In this document: in pieces, positions 16,053 through 29,641 of the stretch
Position numbering within the stretch: position 1 is the stretch's first letter
Layout: each line of letters opens with the position of its first letter
NCBI RefSeq assembly: GCF_009914755.1
Contig: NC_060935.1
DNA from: the human T2T-CHM13v2.0 reference genome, Homo sapiens
DNA: 64,000 nucleotides
Direction: 5' to 3' (one strand)
Translations under genes and position numbers: made by a program
Notes under the pieces: generated by a model
The model's database searches: none
What the model saw: the letters and a program-made list of their open reading frames with translations, nothing else
Told to the model about the DNA's origin: nothing

Positions 16053-16504
16053 TGTTAAGGGCTGAACTGTGGCCTCTGCAAATTCGTATGCTGAAGTCCT
16101 AAACTTCTGTATCTCAGAATGTGACTGTGTATGGAGATAGGGTCTTTAATCCCTAGTTCTGTGGAAATCAGCCTCAAGAGGCTTTGTAAATTTAAGGAAG
16201 CTTTGTAAATTAAGCAAGTGGTAATTAAGTTAATATGAGGTCATTAGGTTGGCCTCTAATCCAATATGATTGGTATCTTTATAAGAAGAGGAGACTAGGA
16301 TAAAGACATGCACAGAGGGAAGATCACATGAACATAGGGAGAAGAACCCCATCTACAAGCCAAGGAGGGAGGCCTCAGAAGAAGCCAACCCTGCCAACAC
16401 CTGGATCTTGGCTATCTGGCCTCCAAAACTGTGAGGAAATACATTTCTGTTGTTTAAACCACCTTGTCTGTAGTACTTTATGGCAGTCCTGCCAAACTAA
16501 TGCA
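16053..16504 (+). mobile_element. MLT1A/MLT1B solo LTR carrying a ~70-bp templated insertion
   Basis: tgttaagggctgaactgt...gaatgtgactgtgtatggagatagggtcttta...caaactaatgca. Confidence 0.85.
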
Positions 16505-16505
16505 C

Positions 16506-16906
16506 CAGAGATTAGCAAACTCTTTTAAAATTAATTTTAATTTTTGATTTTTTGAGGCAAGGTCTCACTCTGGCATCCAGGCTGCAGTGTAGTGGTGCGA
16601 TCGTGGCTCACTGCAGTGTTGACCTCCTGGGCTCAAACGATCCTTCCTCCTCAGCCTCCCTAGTAGCTGGGACCAGTGCTACCATGCCTGGATAATAGCA
16701 AACTTTTTCTTAAAGGGCTAGATAATAAGTGTGTTAGTTTTTGTGGGCAAATGGTCACTGTTGCAAATGATCAGTTCTGCTGTTGTGCAAAACCAGCCAT
16801 AAATGAAATGTAAACAAATGGTCATAGCTGTATGCCAACACAATTTTATTTACATAACCAGGCGCTGGCCAAATATGGCCTGCAGGCCATAGTTTGCTGA
16901 GCCCTG
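16506..16906 (+). mobile_element. MER58A interrupted by an Alu monomer
   Basis: cagagattagcaaact [Alu] tagcaaactttttcttaaagggc...ggccatagtttgctgagccctg. Confidence 0.8.
16530..16694 (-). mobile_element. Alu right monomer (FRAM or 5'-truncated AluJ)
   Basis: Right arm only; TSD tagcaaactctttt / tagcaaacttttt. Confidence 0.8.
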
Positions 16907-18879
16907 ATCTATACTGACCAGGTTCTGTGCTGGGAGAATGAAGCCTCACTCAGCCTGAAGGAGTGCACAGTGTGGTGTGGAAGACAAACAATGAAACAAT
17001 TCTACACAGGATGGTTAGCGTAGAGTGGGAAACTCAGGACAGCGAGGGGAACAAGGGAGGGGTGTGTGGTCTAACTTGGGGGTGGCTGGGTAAGGATGGG
17101 GATAGTCTCCTTGGAAGAAGTGAATGTGTGAGCTATGTATGGACTGAGACACATTTTACTTGATAATTCTTTTTTATCCTCCGCAATGAACTTATGGTCC
17201 TCCAGGCCTCAGGTTAAGGTCTTGAGCCCGCTGGCTGGAGTCTCTCCAAGGGTAAGGTGACTGTGTCAGTGGTCTCCAAGGTGCTTCTGGCTCAGTCAGA
17301 CAAGGACCCTGGGGGATGTTGCCCTCTCAGTGTGGGTTCCAGTCCCCTTCCTGAGCTTTCTCATTCTGCGGCCCACTGAGCTCATAGAGTGACCTGGATA
17401 CCCTGGCCCCAGAATACCACCTCCCTAGCTGCTGCATTCCATGGCTGTGCTTCCCAGCTAGCCTGCCTGCATCCAAGTCATTGAAGGATGACACACCAGA
17501 GAAGCCCCTGTGATCATCAAGGCTGAATGGCTGGAGGCTGAGGGTGGCTCACACTTTGGGTTTGGGTCTTTCAAGCAGCACTGCTTTTCTACAGGATGCT
17601 GGAGTGAGGAAGAACCTTAGAACTCAGAAAATTCAGCTTCCTTATTTTGCAGATCTGGGGAAAGTGGCCCAGACAAGGCAGTGGCTTGCCTAGGCTTCAA
17701 ATGGGCCAGGAAAGAATTCAGACTTCCTGCCTCCGGGGCTGAAGGCCGGGGTTGCCTCTTTCAACCACTCATAGGGTAGCCTGTGGGAAGCTCAGCTCTC
17801 AGAAGACATTACCCTTTTCCACAGTCTTCATCTCTATTTTTTCAGCAGGGGACATTATATTTTTTCTGGCAATAAAATTAATATATATTAATTGCAGAAT
17901 ATTTCAAAACTATACAGAGGTGTTAATAAACAGAAACATTCATTTATGATGTTACCTCTCTGAAATGATCACTATGGACACATTGGCCTATTTTCTTTAA
18001 GTTACTTTGCCATTTTTTTAAACCATAATTGAATTCTGATTTTTAATACAATTTTGATATTTACTTTTTGTGCTTTAATCTTTTAAGCATTTTCCTTGCC
18101 ATCAAAAATCCCCAACCATCATCTTCCTTTCCCTTTGCTGAGCTTGAATCTACTTGATTCGCGCTTTCTCTGGGCAACAAGCTATTTATGAGCCAAACAG
18201 GATGGAAGGAGCCCTTGGGATGGCATCAAGAGCTGGAGTTCTGTCCTGCCTCTGCTGTTGACTTGGTGGTGAAGAGAATCTGGTCTCACCCATTGACTGG
18301 TCCTCATTTTTTTCATTTTTATGTAAGAGCGCTCGTCCGAATGCCCAGGGTACCTTCTGGCTCCAGAATGCTGCTCTATGTATTGCTTTTTTCTGTTAAT
18401 GTGCTTAGATAGATTTGCTGACAGGTAGTTAAGAAAACTTTCAAACTAGCTTTGCTTAAACACAACATGACTCTAAATTCACTGCATCAGGAATGCTTTG
18501 AACAATTAAAGAAGACAGATTGCTCCATAGGGACAAACAGCTGAATGTATAAATTGGAGATCATATTTCAATTCATGGCACTATTTAATGATAGTTTGAA
18601 GATGGGGAAGGTAGGAGGAGTGAATGGTGGGAAATCAGTCTCACTTCAGAGGGTCTACAGATAACGCTTCTCTTTCTAACCTTCTTTCTGACCCTTTCCC
18701 TCCTTTGTGGTTCTTGAGGCTCAACCCTGGTCTTTTCCTCTTTCTCTGGTAGAACTGAGAGTGAGTAAGCTTTCTTTTATACTATACTCCTGTGTGTGTG
18801 ATGGCTGGGGTGGTATACTTTGGATTTTATCATAAAGCTAGAAGGAAATCCAAGCTGAAGGGTTTTGATTTGTGTAAGT

Positions 18880-19095
18880 GTTTCACGGGCTTTGGAGGTG
18901 AACTGACCTGGATATGAAGCTTGGGTCTGGCATTTTTACTTTGGGCAACTGCTCTGAGTCTCAGTCTCCTAATCTGAAAAATGGAGATGGTAATGTCTAG
19001 CACAACAGAATTATTGAAGGGAATACATGAAACAACATTTATAACATACCTAGTATATTTAGGAACACTAGAAGGCATACTATAATTATTATAAT
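18880..19095 (+). mobile_element. MIR SINE
   Basis: tttgggcaactgctctgagtctcagtctcctaatctgaaaaatggagat. Confidence 0.75.
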
Positions 19096-20206
19096 GTACT
19101 AGGCTTGCACGTGTGAATAATTTATATATTAGTTGTAAAGAGTGTGCTAACATTTTCAGACATAATTCTCAAGACACACTACCTGTAGCCTCTAGCATGA
19201 ATGTGTGCATTCTCTGTGTACAGAATGCATAGCAAATGAAATTCCTTTATAATCATCTGATAATTTTTCCTTGAGCAATGACAGAATTTTAAAAACTTTC
19301 TCTAGGAGAGATTTTGATAAGAGCTTTAGGTTGATTACTTTTTATATCCCATGTCCTGTTTGGCTGATAAGCTCCCAATCTCTGCATTTCATATTGTTTT
19401 TATCTTCCTGGGCTGTACCCACCTTGTGACTGTCATCTTTTCAGTAGTCAGAATAAAATTGAAGGAAGACAGAGCGGGAGTGAGGCATTGGGAAGGGGTG
19501 GCTACACCCCCAGGCAAGGGTGACAGGTCAGTGCTTCCTTAGAAAAGGCTGTTCTGGTGGCAGGCATTAAACATAATCTCTAGGACACAGGTCCTTTTAC
19601 TAATTTGGTACACAAAGTGTGGCTCTCTTATTATGTTGAAGCTGTAGGCTTCCTCTTTCTTGAGCTAATGAAATCCTGGATTTTCACAATAGCTGCTTCA
19701 GTTCAATGTACCTTTTAACCCCATTATTTCTTGGGAACCAATATATTATGAGAGTCAGAATTTTACAGTGGAAAGGGACCTCGGAAAATACTCAGTTCAG
19801 ACTTTTCCTTGTCAAGAGGGAGCCAAGTCTAAGGGAAGACAAGAGACTTTCCCAAGTCACTCATCAGGTTAGCGATAGCAGCACAGAATGTTAGTGCAGC
19901 TTCCTGTCTAAGGGTTTCATAGGGGCCTTACTGTAGATGGGTTTGCCTTTGAGTTATTCATAATTGCACTGACATATTTATGGTTAAGTGATCTATTCTG
20001 GGTAGCTCCTTTCATAGTATGGTTTCAGTTATCAATAATTACTTGAGCTTATAAAGCCATGATTTTACAGAGCTCCTTCAGAGGCTGTTGGGAGAGAGAT
20101 TCAAACAATTTTGGAACCATTATGCTGGATCCTCATTTGGAAAGCCTATAAAACTAGCACTTCTTATGGAATGGAGCCCAAAAAGAACCTGTTCCTGATT
20201 GAGAAC

Positions 20207-20574
20207 TATTACGGATGGAATATTTGTGTTCCAATTCATGTGTCAAAATCCTAATCCTAGTGTGAAAGTATTAAAAAGTTTGGACTTTTGGGGGTGATTA
20301 CATCATAAGGGTGGGGCCCTCATGAATGAGATTGGTGCCCTTACAAGAAGGAAGGGCTAGGAGAGCTTCCTCTTCTTTTTTCTCTCTGCTATGTGAGGAC
20401 ACAACATGAATACAGCTGTCAGCAAACCAGTAAGTGTCCTCATCCAGGACACTGGATCTGTCAGCACCTTGATTTTGGACTTGTCAGCTTCCATAATTGT
20501 GAGAAATAAATGTTTGTTGTTTAAGTTTCCCAGTCTATGGTAATTTGTTATAGCAGCCTGAACTGACTAAGACA
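20207..20574 (+). mobile_element. MLT1A-like solo LTR
   Basis: gtggggccctcatgaatgagatt...gtgagaaataaatgtttgttgtttaag...gactaagaca. Confidence 0.8.
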
Positions 20575-20748
20575 ATGACTGTGATGGACACTGGTTTGCT
20601 CAACATCCATTTCAATCTCCTTCTATCATGCCTTCTTATAATATGGATCTCGGAAAGCTACAAACTACATTCCTCAGAATGCCTGTGGCTGGATCTCCAC
20701 CATTAAGATACATCTATACAAGGGTGAAATGTTATACAAACGGGCTTC

Positions 20749-20794
<46 letters not shown>
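20749..20794. repeat. (TAT)~15 microsatellite
   Basis: Pure tract seen directly. Confidence 0.95.
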
Positions 20795-21080
20795 TGCTGG
20801 CAAGGATAGTCATAGAGGCATTTGATTTTTTATGTGGCTACAGCAGACGTCCCTAGTGGGACATCTGTTTGAATCATAGCAAAGGTAGAGTACATTCTGG
20901 AGCCAGCACAGGCAGTGGTGGCTTCCTCCTCTCTTAGGCAACTTCCTGTTTCTACATCTTCCTGATTATAGTAGGGGCAGCCACTTTCTTAGAAGCTCAA
21001 TTCTGCTGTAAGACTTTAAGAATTATTCCTGGAAGCTAAGCCTAGGTTCAGTTTCTTCAGCTCTTAGTAATTCTGCAAGC

Positions 21081-21297
21081 CAGGGGTTGGCAAACGTTTT
21101 CTGTAAGAGACCAGACAGTAACTGTTTTAAGTTTTGCTTGCCATATGTTCTCTGTAATAACCCTTTAACTCTGACATTGTAGAAAGAAAGCAGCTTTAGA
21201 CAATGTATAAATACATGTGTACAACTGTGTTACAATAAAACTTTATTTATAAAAGCAGGCAGATTTGGTCTGTGTCCTGTAGTTTGCTGATCCTTGT
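21081..21297 (+). mobile_element. MER58A
   Basis: caggggttggcaaacgttttctgtaagagaccagac...gtagtttgctgatccttg. Confidence 0.85.
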
Positions 21298-21869
21298 ATA
21301 ATACATCCCTTTCTGCTTTCCAGCTAGAGTGAATTCTTCTTCTACCGTTGAACACTGACCAATGCAGAGATCTCCAAATCCAAGAATGGATGAAGTATGA
21401 GAAAGGATGAAAGGGAGTTTATGCCACAGATTTCTGGTTCAGGGGCTAATAAGGACATAAAGTATGCATAAAGCTAGGTGTAAGCTTGACAATGATCTTT
21501 TTCTATTGTACTGTGCCTTTCTTTTTCAAAGTGTTTTCATGTGCAATATTTCATTTGACCTTCACAACACCTTGTGAAGGTCAGGGATATGAGCAGCTAT
21601 AGTTGGAAAATCTTGGAAATACTCAGAAAGGTTATAACTTTCTCAAGGCCACCTGGCTTATAAAAAAGTGAGGTAGAACTTGAAACCAGGCTTACTGCCT
21701 CCCAGTCCAGTGCTTCTTCCAGGGATCTATTCTGGTCTTAGGAGCTTGCTACTGAAGCTGGAATGACTTCAGATGAAGAGCCTGACAACATTTGGGATGC
21801 CACTTGTGGAAGTTTTGACAGTATTAAGAAACTTTGTGTAGAAAGGCCTGGTAGGAACTGTCTACACTT

Positions 21870-22023
21870 TTGCTAGTCAATTTGTGGCCTATGGCCAGCA
21901 GCACTTGGGAGCTTGTTAAAAAAGCAGACTCTTAGGCTTCATGTCAGATCTACTGAATTAGAATCTGCTTTTAAACAAGATCTCCAAATGATTCACATAC
22001 ATGATAAAGTTTGAGAAGTATGG
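21870..22023. mobile_element. MER5A-type hAT MITE
   Basis: tgggagcttgttaaaaaagcagactc...ctactgaattagaatctgc...aaagtttgagaag. Confidence 0.7.
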
Positions 22024-22419
22024 GTAGACTATTCTTCAAAAAGAAGTGCTTAAAATTGAATTGCCAAGGCTCAGGAGATATAGTGTACACAGCACAGTCA
22101 GAACCCAAGGCCATGGGAAGTTAAGTAGTATTAAGAGGAGATATTAAGATGTCACTGTTATGCTATTTCGCTAGGAGACCTGGGGATATCTGAACCTCCC
22201 TTGACCAGCCATTGCTCCTTTTCAGGGGGAGATGTATGCTCAAGGAGGAAAAACAAAGTAAAATAAATCCTAAGATAGAAATGGAGTGAGCATGTTCCAC
22301 ATAAAATATTTTTTATGTTTGCATTTTCTTATTTAATATTGCCCCAACAATCCTGTAATATAGGTGTGGTTATTTTGTTTTCCATTTGAGGTGTATCATC
22401 ATCATCATCATCATCATCA

Positions 22420-22650
22420 CTGCCACAAACCCTGCATAGCTTGTAATACTGTTCTAAGTCCTTCATACATATAATAGACTTCATCCTTAGGATAATTTTA
22501 TGAAGCAGCTTTACTTTCCAGATGGGAAGACTGAGGCACAGAAAATTTAAGTAACTTGCCCAAGGTCACACAACTAGTATGTGATAGGGCTCGGATTCAA
22601 GCCCAGGCAATTGGTCTTCAGAGCACATTCTTATAATTCCTATACCACAT
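22420..22650 (-). mobile_element. MIR SINE preceded by a (CAT)n tract (~22395-22419)
   Basis: cagatgggaagactgaggcacagaaaatttaagtaacttgcccaaggtcacac. Confidence 0.8.
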
Positions 22651-23090
22651 CCCTTTGCTGAGCAGAATGGCCAACTTGCTTGAGATCACACAGCTAACAA
22701 ATGGTGAAGGCAAGGCTTATACCCAGCATAGTCTCACTCCAGACTTGGTCTCTTTACCACAACACAGTGTTCTCAAACAGGGAGAGACTCCTGGAATCCA
22801 ACTTGGACTTCCTGCATCTGCTATATAATTTTAAAAAAAAACAAACCGAGAGATGATTCTATTGCCCAGCTCTGGTCAAGCTGCATGGTACTATCCTATT
22901 CTGCCTTTTTGCTCAGTTAGACATCTTTGTAATTTCTACCGGATTGTTAGTTCATTAAAGACATATTGTGTGTTTTATTTATCTCTATGTCTCCAGTGCC
23001 TAGTTCAAGACTTGTCTCACAGTAGGTCCCCTATCAATGTTTGTGATTATAAGTGACCTGATTACTGCCCAAAGACCCCTTACTTTGGGG

Positions 23091-23262
23091 CAGTGGTTCT
23101 CAAACATGAGCATGCATCACCTGGAATATTTGTTAAAACAGCAATTACTGGGCCCCACCTCCAGAGTTTCTGATTCAGTAGGGCTTAAACATTTGCATTT
23201 CTAACAAGTTGCCAGGAGATGCTGATGCTGCTGGCCTGGGGACCACACTTTGAGAACCATGG
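23091..23262. mobile_element. MER5A
   Basis: TIRs cagtggttctcaaa...tttgagaaccatgg; internal ctgattcagtagg. Confidence 0.85.
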
Positions 23263-25409
23263 GCCTAAGAAAACTTTAGAGAGGAAAAAAAATTGGGCAG
23301 GGCTTTGAAGCTTTCACAGGGAACACAGACAAGTGAGGAATGTTATTGTTATACTATTTAAAGTGCATGTTTCAAGAGATAACTCACTATAGCTTTTTAC
23401 GAATACCTGACCCCATAAATCAATATGAGAAAATATGACATATGATAATATTCATATTGAGACAATTGTGTCTTTAATTTTATCATATTCAGTTATGTGG
23501 AACAGTGCAGATGTAGACATTAGTAATCATCAACTAATTGGGAATGCATGGTCAATCTTTTAATTTTCTAAAAATCTGTCATTATTAGAAATTCATCATT
23601 ACAAGGTAGAGTGCATTTACTTGGTATTGATTTGAATGTAAAACATTTCATTAAGACATATTTGAGTTAGAAATTAGAAAAGGAAATCTTATTTAAAACA
23701 TAAATGGACAAAATAGACAGGCAAAAGGCTACATGCTATTATTTGCTCCTACTGATTCCTAGCAGAGTGGAGACAGTTGGTCATTGAGGCCAATAGTGCA
23801 TGTGTAGAGCAAACTAGCATATAACCTAGGAGATCTGAGATCCCTTTAGTCTTCTTTGTTTGAGCATTTTATCCCAGAAAAAGGGATAGGAGGTGGAGCA
23901 AGAGATGTTTCTCTTTGACAGTCTTTCTCCTTTCTAATCAGATTCTCCCAGGAATCACATCCTGAGAAAAATGTAGATAACCTGGAGCTACCCAGAGGAT
24001 GATGTCCAGTCTGGAAAATTACAGGTAAGAAGGAAGCAGAAGTTCCTCCTAGAGAAGGAAGCAACCTTTGTATCTTTTCTTGAATTTCTAAACACTCTTG
24101 GTGTGTTGCTGTCTGACAGAGCACATTGTAATCTATGAATTTGCTAACTTATCTCTCTCTCCTGTCTCACCACTGAGTTCCTTGAGAGATGGGATTAGGT
24201 CTTATTTACCCCTAAATCTCTAGCATCAAACATAAATCTTTGAATAGTATGAGACCTCAATAAATGTTTGTTGACTTTAAATATTGGAATGTTGTCTTGG
24301 GAATAGGCAGTGCACTTGGTCTGTGTGACCCCACATGACAGAACTGGTTGAGAGTGGATATGAAGAGGGAAATGTATTTTGGTCCTATTCAATCAGTTTT
24401 TACATCTACATTTATATGAGTAATAATGGTACTTGGGAAGAGTAAATGAGATGATTTTGTAACAGGCTTGCACAGTGCCTGGAACATAGTAAATATTCAA
24501 AGTTTTCTATTATTATTACCATTATCAAATAGCCCCTTAAATTTCCATAGCTTAAATTCTAAGTTTTCATGGACATCATGGTTTTGGGCAAAATTTCCAT
24601 TCCTCCTTTTCCCTTCTCTTCTTCCTCCCTTTCCTTCTTCTTTCAACTATGATTCATCCTATCTTTCTACTAATCTATCTATCCAACTGCCTAATTGCCT
24701 ATCCACTCATTCTCTCATCTACGCTTTCATCCATTCACACCTCTATTTAATTACTTACTTACTTAACCTAGCCATTCATCTTTAATTGCATGGCTGTGCT
24801 GTAGTGGAAAGTGTCTGAATACAGCCATATCACACCCTATTAGTTGAATCCTTGAACAGTGTTGGCTGTAATAGACAGTGGGGGACATTGATATTGGTAT
24901 TTAGTATGGCTGAGAGGTAGACTGTGGACCCTGTCCAAGTGACATTTCATGGCATTTCTGAGAGCCATTGAGGTCTGCGGTCCCCATCAGGGCACTCCGG
25001 GAAGCCACTCAAAACAGCAGTATCTGAGCTGTGATGTGCACATTTACAATTAGATGGTATTATTCATCATAGTAATATTTTATTTAAAGAAACCAATAAA
25101 GCAGATGGAGACTGCTGAAGATGTGACTATTTTAGCTGGCATGTTTGTTCAGCAACTGGCACAATAACAGAGATGCAGAAAGGAAGATGAGATGGGAAAC
25201 ACCGATTATTTTTTCTTGGAGAGGGGAACTGAGATCACAGTTTTGACCTTCACAAAGCTTAAAATTATCTGGATTCTAGTAATTTCAAGATGATCATGAG
25301 ATACTTGGTAGAGTGGGAAAAAAAATAAGGCTGTGACTTTTACATCTGATTCCCTTGTGCAGCTGAATTAATTGAAGTGCAATATCTAGAGCAAGTCCAA
25401 TGATCCTAA

Positions 25410-25640
25410 AAATGTAGCAGAAAGAGCATGGGTTTGGTGTTGTTCAGATCTGGGTAGGGATTCCTGCTCTTCTGCTTGCCAGCTGTGTGTCCTTGGGCAA
25501 GTCATTTAATCTTTCTGAGCTTCAATTTCCTTATAGGTAAATGAGATATAATAATACCGTTATATTATTCAATGAAGATTAATGTGAAATAATGTTGATA
25601 AAGCAGATGACAGAATGCTAGATGTAGCTCGATACATATT
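25410..25640 (+). mobile_element. MIR SINE
   Basis: agctgtgtgtccttgggcaagtcatttaatctttctgagcttcaatttcc. Confidence 0.8.
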
Positions 25641-28399
25641 GGTTCCAACACTACATGCTAATCAGGTCACACGTGGAATATTGTGTGCTTTTCTGCACAA
25701 ATGCTATAGTAGTTTAGTGTGTGCCCTGAAGAGTGACCAGGATGATGAGGGACTTGAATTCACGTCCTGTGTCCAGTTGGAAGGGGATGAAATATCTAAT
25801 CTGAAGAGGATAAACTTGAAAGAGGCAATACTGAGGTCTTTAACTATTAAAGTTGTTGGAGAAAGAGTGTATAGACTTATTGTAGATATTTCCCCCAAGA
25901 GACAGATGAGTGAAAGCTACAGGCAGATACATTTCAGCTCAAATATGAAATAAATACTCCAACAAGAAAACAACTTGTACAAGTGAGTACAACATAAGGG
26001 AAGGGAAGAGGCTGCCTGGAAGAAGAGATGAGCACTCTAGATCTTGAGAGTGCAGTGGTGTCCCAGACAGCCTGGGGACATTGGCAGTGTTGGATTATCC
26101 TGGGCAGGGAAACATGAGATGTGAAGGCTTGGTGAACTGGAACAGCACAATGTACCTAGGGAGCCACACTCTGTTGGCAAACTCTTGAACTTGGATGAGG
26201 TGGGGTTGAGGCAAGTGGCAGAATGTGATAGGTATTGAGGGATCAGGAATATCTGAGTTTAGAGATATTTCTGAGATAATGGAAGGTTTTTAGCTGGAGA
26301 ATAGTATGTTTGGATTTATCTATCATAACAGAAAAAAAAGTCACAAACAGGACAGACACAACAGCCACTTCCAGCTCTACCATTCAGTGTGTAATCTTGG
26401 GCAAGTCATTTTAGGCCTCTAAGAAACACATGTAAAATGGAGTTCATAATTCTGCATTGCTTTTGGGGGGCACAGGGGCGCTGACATAAAAACTGAATGC
26501 ATGATGGATGTTGAAACACATGAGAAGACTGCACAGTGCCCTGACCAGTTAAAGGATGATTAACTTCTTGCTATTTTCCCTGACTCCTGGTGAAGATAAG
26601 GAATGGGACAAAGGTCTGAGAAGAGTCATCTCTAAAGATCTTGGTTCCTTTTTTGCAATTTTTTTTTTTAACTTTGACCAGCTCAAACCAACCATAGTGA
26701 TATCCTGATTCCCTATCTCATTTCATAGAGCCAAGGGGAATCAAAAATGTTCTGGCTCTTCCTTGTGGTCTCTGCCAACACTTGCTGTGCAGCCAGATGT
26801 TGGGGTGCCTGAGCTGTGTAAATTGCAAAGTGCTGTTGCATAGGAAGATGCTGTATCCACATCTCACATCTGTATTAAAGCATCAGTCTCATGGTATTAT
26901 AAGATGAAGCCTGAGAAAGATTATAGTGTGCTATGGTTCCTAGATCCTCCATCTAAAAATTGGAAATCAAATTCCTGACACCCAAGGCTATTATAAGGAT
27001 CAAATGAGATCTAATAAAGTACCTGGTATATAGCATATATAATTAAAAACAACAAGAAGAAAAACAAGAATACAAACTGTAAGAAACAGTAATCATTTAA
27101 TGGGATATACAAATTAACATAAATATATAGTTTAAATATATGTATATGTAGCATGTAGCCAGGTACTTTTGTTGTTTGAATTAGAAATAAAATCAAGAAA
27201 AAAAAAGGACTGAATAAGCCTGTGTGAATATGTTTCTTCAACACTAAGACAAGACTTGCACTTTGCATTAGAATGTTCTCCAGCCCAGAGTGTGATTGTG
27301 TCTCAGCCAAGCTACAGAACAATTCTGGAGGCACAACCTCTACAAAGGCATGGAGGTGGGCCCTGTAGCCCAAGGAACATCAATACAGACTTCAATTACG
27401 GCTCCTGGGTACTGGTGACAGCCACAGCTTTGAATGGCTCTTCACAGCTCTTCCACCTTATTGAGCTCTCGATTGCTTTATTTCCTTGGAAAGCTGTTGT
27501 ATCTTCTCTACTTGCTCCCATTGTGGACTGAACCTGCACCCACTCTCCAGGTGCCTGCCTTTTTAAATGGAGTCTGAAATTCTACTTTTCCATGGAATGG
27601 CTCCTTATCTCTCTGGAAGAGGCTCCTGGGTGGTCCTACCAGAGGTAGAGGACTGGCCCTGGTAGCTATGACAGAGCTCTCTGAATTCTGCTTATGAGTG
27701 GCTGTGGGACAGGAGCAGGGACATTCTTAGGATGAGCACTGACTGCTTGCTTTCTCAAGGTGGCTTCCAGAGTATCCTCAACTTCAGCTCATAGAAATGA
27801 ATTTTGGGGAATCCCCAACATCAACCTGGATACATTCTTACCATTTTTGGAAGGATTTTTCCTCATACCATCTGGAATTTGACAGTATTTATAAGAGGTC
27901 ATAGCGTTCTCTTCAATATTATATAGTAGCAGTATTATACAGTAGAAACATTTTGATACTTAAAGTTAGACCATCACTAGAGTTTGAGTCTGGGATCTAC
28001 TCCTTATTAACTTATTCTAGGAAATTCTTTCAAACTTTTATGCCTCAGTTTCCACATGTTAGAAGTGGGAATGATAACCAACTTTTTAGAGTTATGATTT
28101 CTGAAAGATAATGTAACTTGCCTGAAACCTAACCCCATTCAATGTTATATTTCAAATGTCAAAGTAATTGACAAGCCATTTAGCTCTTTGTCAAATACTC
28201 TCTCAAATACATGAAGTGTAGGATATATTTATAACAAACAACAAACTTTATTGAAACATTTCTTTCTCCATCACTCTATTTCTCAATATCTTTCACACAT
28301 CACCATTTCTCCAAGACTTTCTCCTTCTGTACACCATTGTGTCCAGAGTCTCTCATAAAAAACAGCTTGTGAAACCTCCCTGGTCTCACTTTTCTCCTA

Positions 28400-29641
28400 T
28401 TTCTGCCTTTCTTGGCTTTGCCCCAAAAAAGGAGGGCCCTGGAACTAATATTACAAACCTGAATCCTTCTACCATAGGAAAGGGAAAGGGAGGGTGAGGT
28501 ACAATCACAAACACTTACAACCTGAATAACTGAATGGGGAGTGAAGAATTGGCTACCAGAACCCAAAGCTAGAAGCAAAGGGATGATGAGTGCCACATCC
28601 TAAGGAAAATTTGCGGTGGGCACACATCACACATTCCAACCTGACCTCCTCCCCCACTCACCCTGCCAGCTGTTTAGAAAGACTAGGGAGACAGAGGGAA
28701 GTCCTTCAACTGTGTCATTAGCCTAGCCCATGCACAGGGTGAAAGAATCCTCTGTAAAGACTGGGGGTATGAGCAAGAAGCAGAGACACATTTCTCCTTC
28801 TCTAGCTGTGAGTCTGTTTCGCTGCAGAAACAGACTTAGAACTAGGGAAGTCTTTCACTGGTGTACTACATGCCCATCTGAGCAGGAGGTACAGACAATT
28901 GGAGAGGGATGGAGTCAATAGTAGAACAGAGAAGGGGTAGCAGCTGGGCAGCTTACACTCTCCGTGCGTGGAATGGTAAGGAGGGGTGAGTTTTCTCAGA
29001 GTCAAGGGTCTACCATGGAAAGCAGCCAATCTACAGCCATCTGGTATGTCTTATCTAAAAGACTGGCTGCTGGGAGTGAGGACTGGCTGTAATAGTCCGT
29101 GGGGTAGATCACACTGGATGGAAGCTGGGGCAGAAGGGCAGGTTTCGAAGAGGTTGGCCAAGGTGTGAGTTTCCTTCCTCACCAGAGAGCTGCCCCTGCT
29201 GGCTCCTGAAGAACTCTTACCTGTGTCCACAGAAGCTCCAGTGTTTGGACATCTGCCATCTACAGGACATTGTGCCCAGCCTGAGAAGCTCACAACAGAA
29301 CCCAGATAAGTAACAGAAACTTGTTTCCTTCCATCTTTCATTATGGGCATGCTTACCTCCCTGTTATCTCCATGACAAGTTGGTTAGGCCAAGGCCTGGC
29401 TAGCCCTTGTGGGGAGAGGATGAGATAAGCATTAAATAGGAGATTAGATTGAAGTTTAAAATGAGGCTGGGCACTTTTAGACCTGAAAGCAATGAGGAAA
29501 GTATGAAATCTGCCTCAGGTGTCATTAAGGGGTGAGAAAGGAAGATTTGACAACATGGTTGAAGGTGGTGATTAGAGAAAATATAAAACCTGTTTATATT
29601 TGTGGCCTGCTGAGTTCAGACTGTTCAATAAGCCAGTTACA
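28400..29641 (+). mobile_element. Probable ancient LTR (LTR78/MamGyp-like; family uncertain)
   Basis: Purine-rich body ending ...gactgttcaataagccagttaca, resembling the termini of ancient LTRs. Confidence 0.3.

Larger units (their letters stand above)
20580..21366 (+). mobile_element. Old ERVL LTR (LTR40-like) containing a (TAT)n tract and a MER58A
   Basis: tgctcaacatccatttc...aactacattcc...atccctttctgct...gctagagtgaattc...ctgaccaatgca. Confidence 0.5.

Noticed and set aside
20628-20825. Poly-leucine ORF resembling a signal peptide
   Set aside because: The leucines come from the (TAT)n microsatellite within an LTR.
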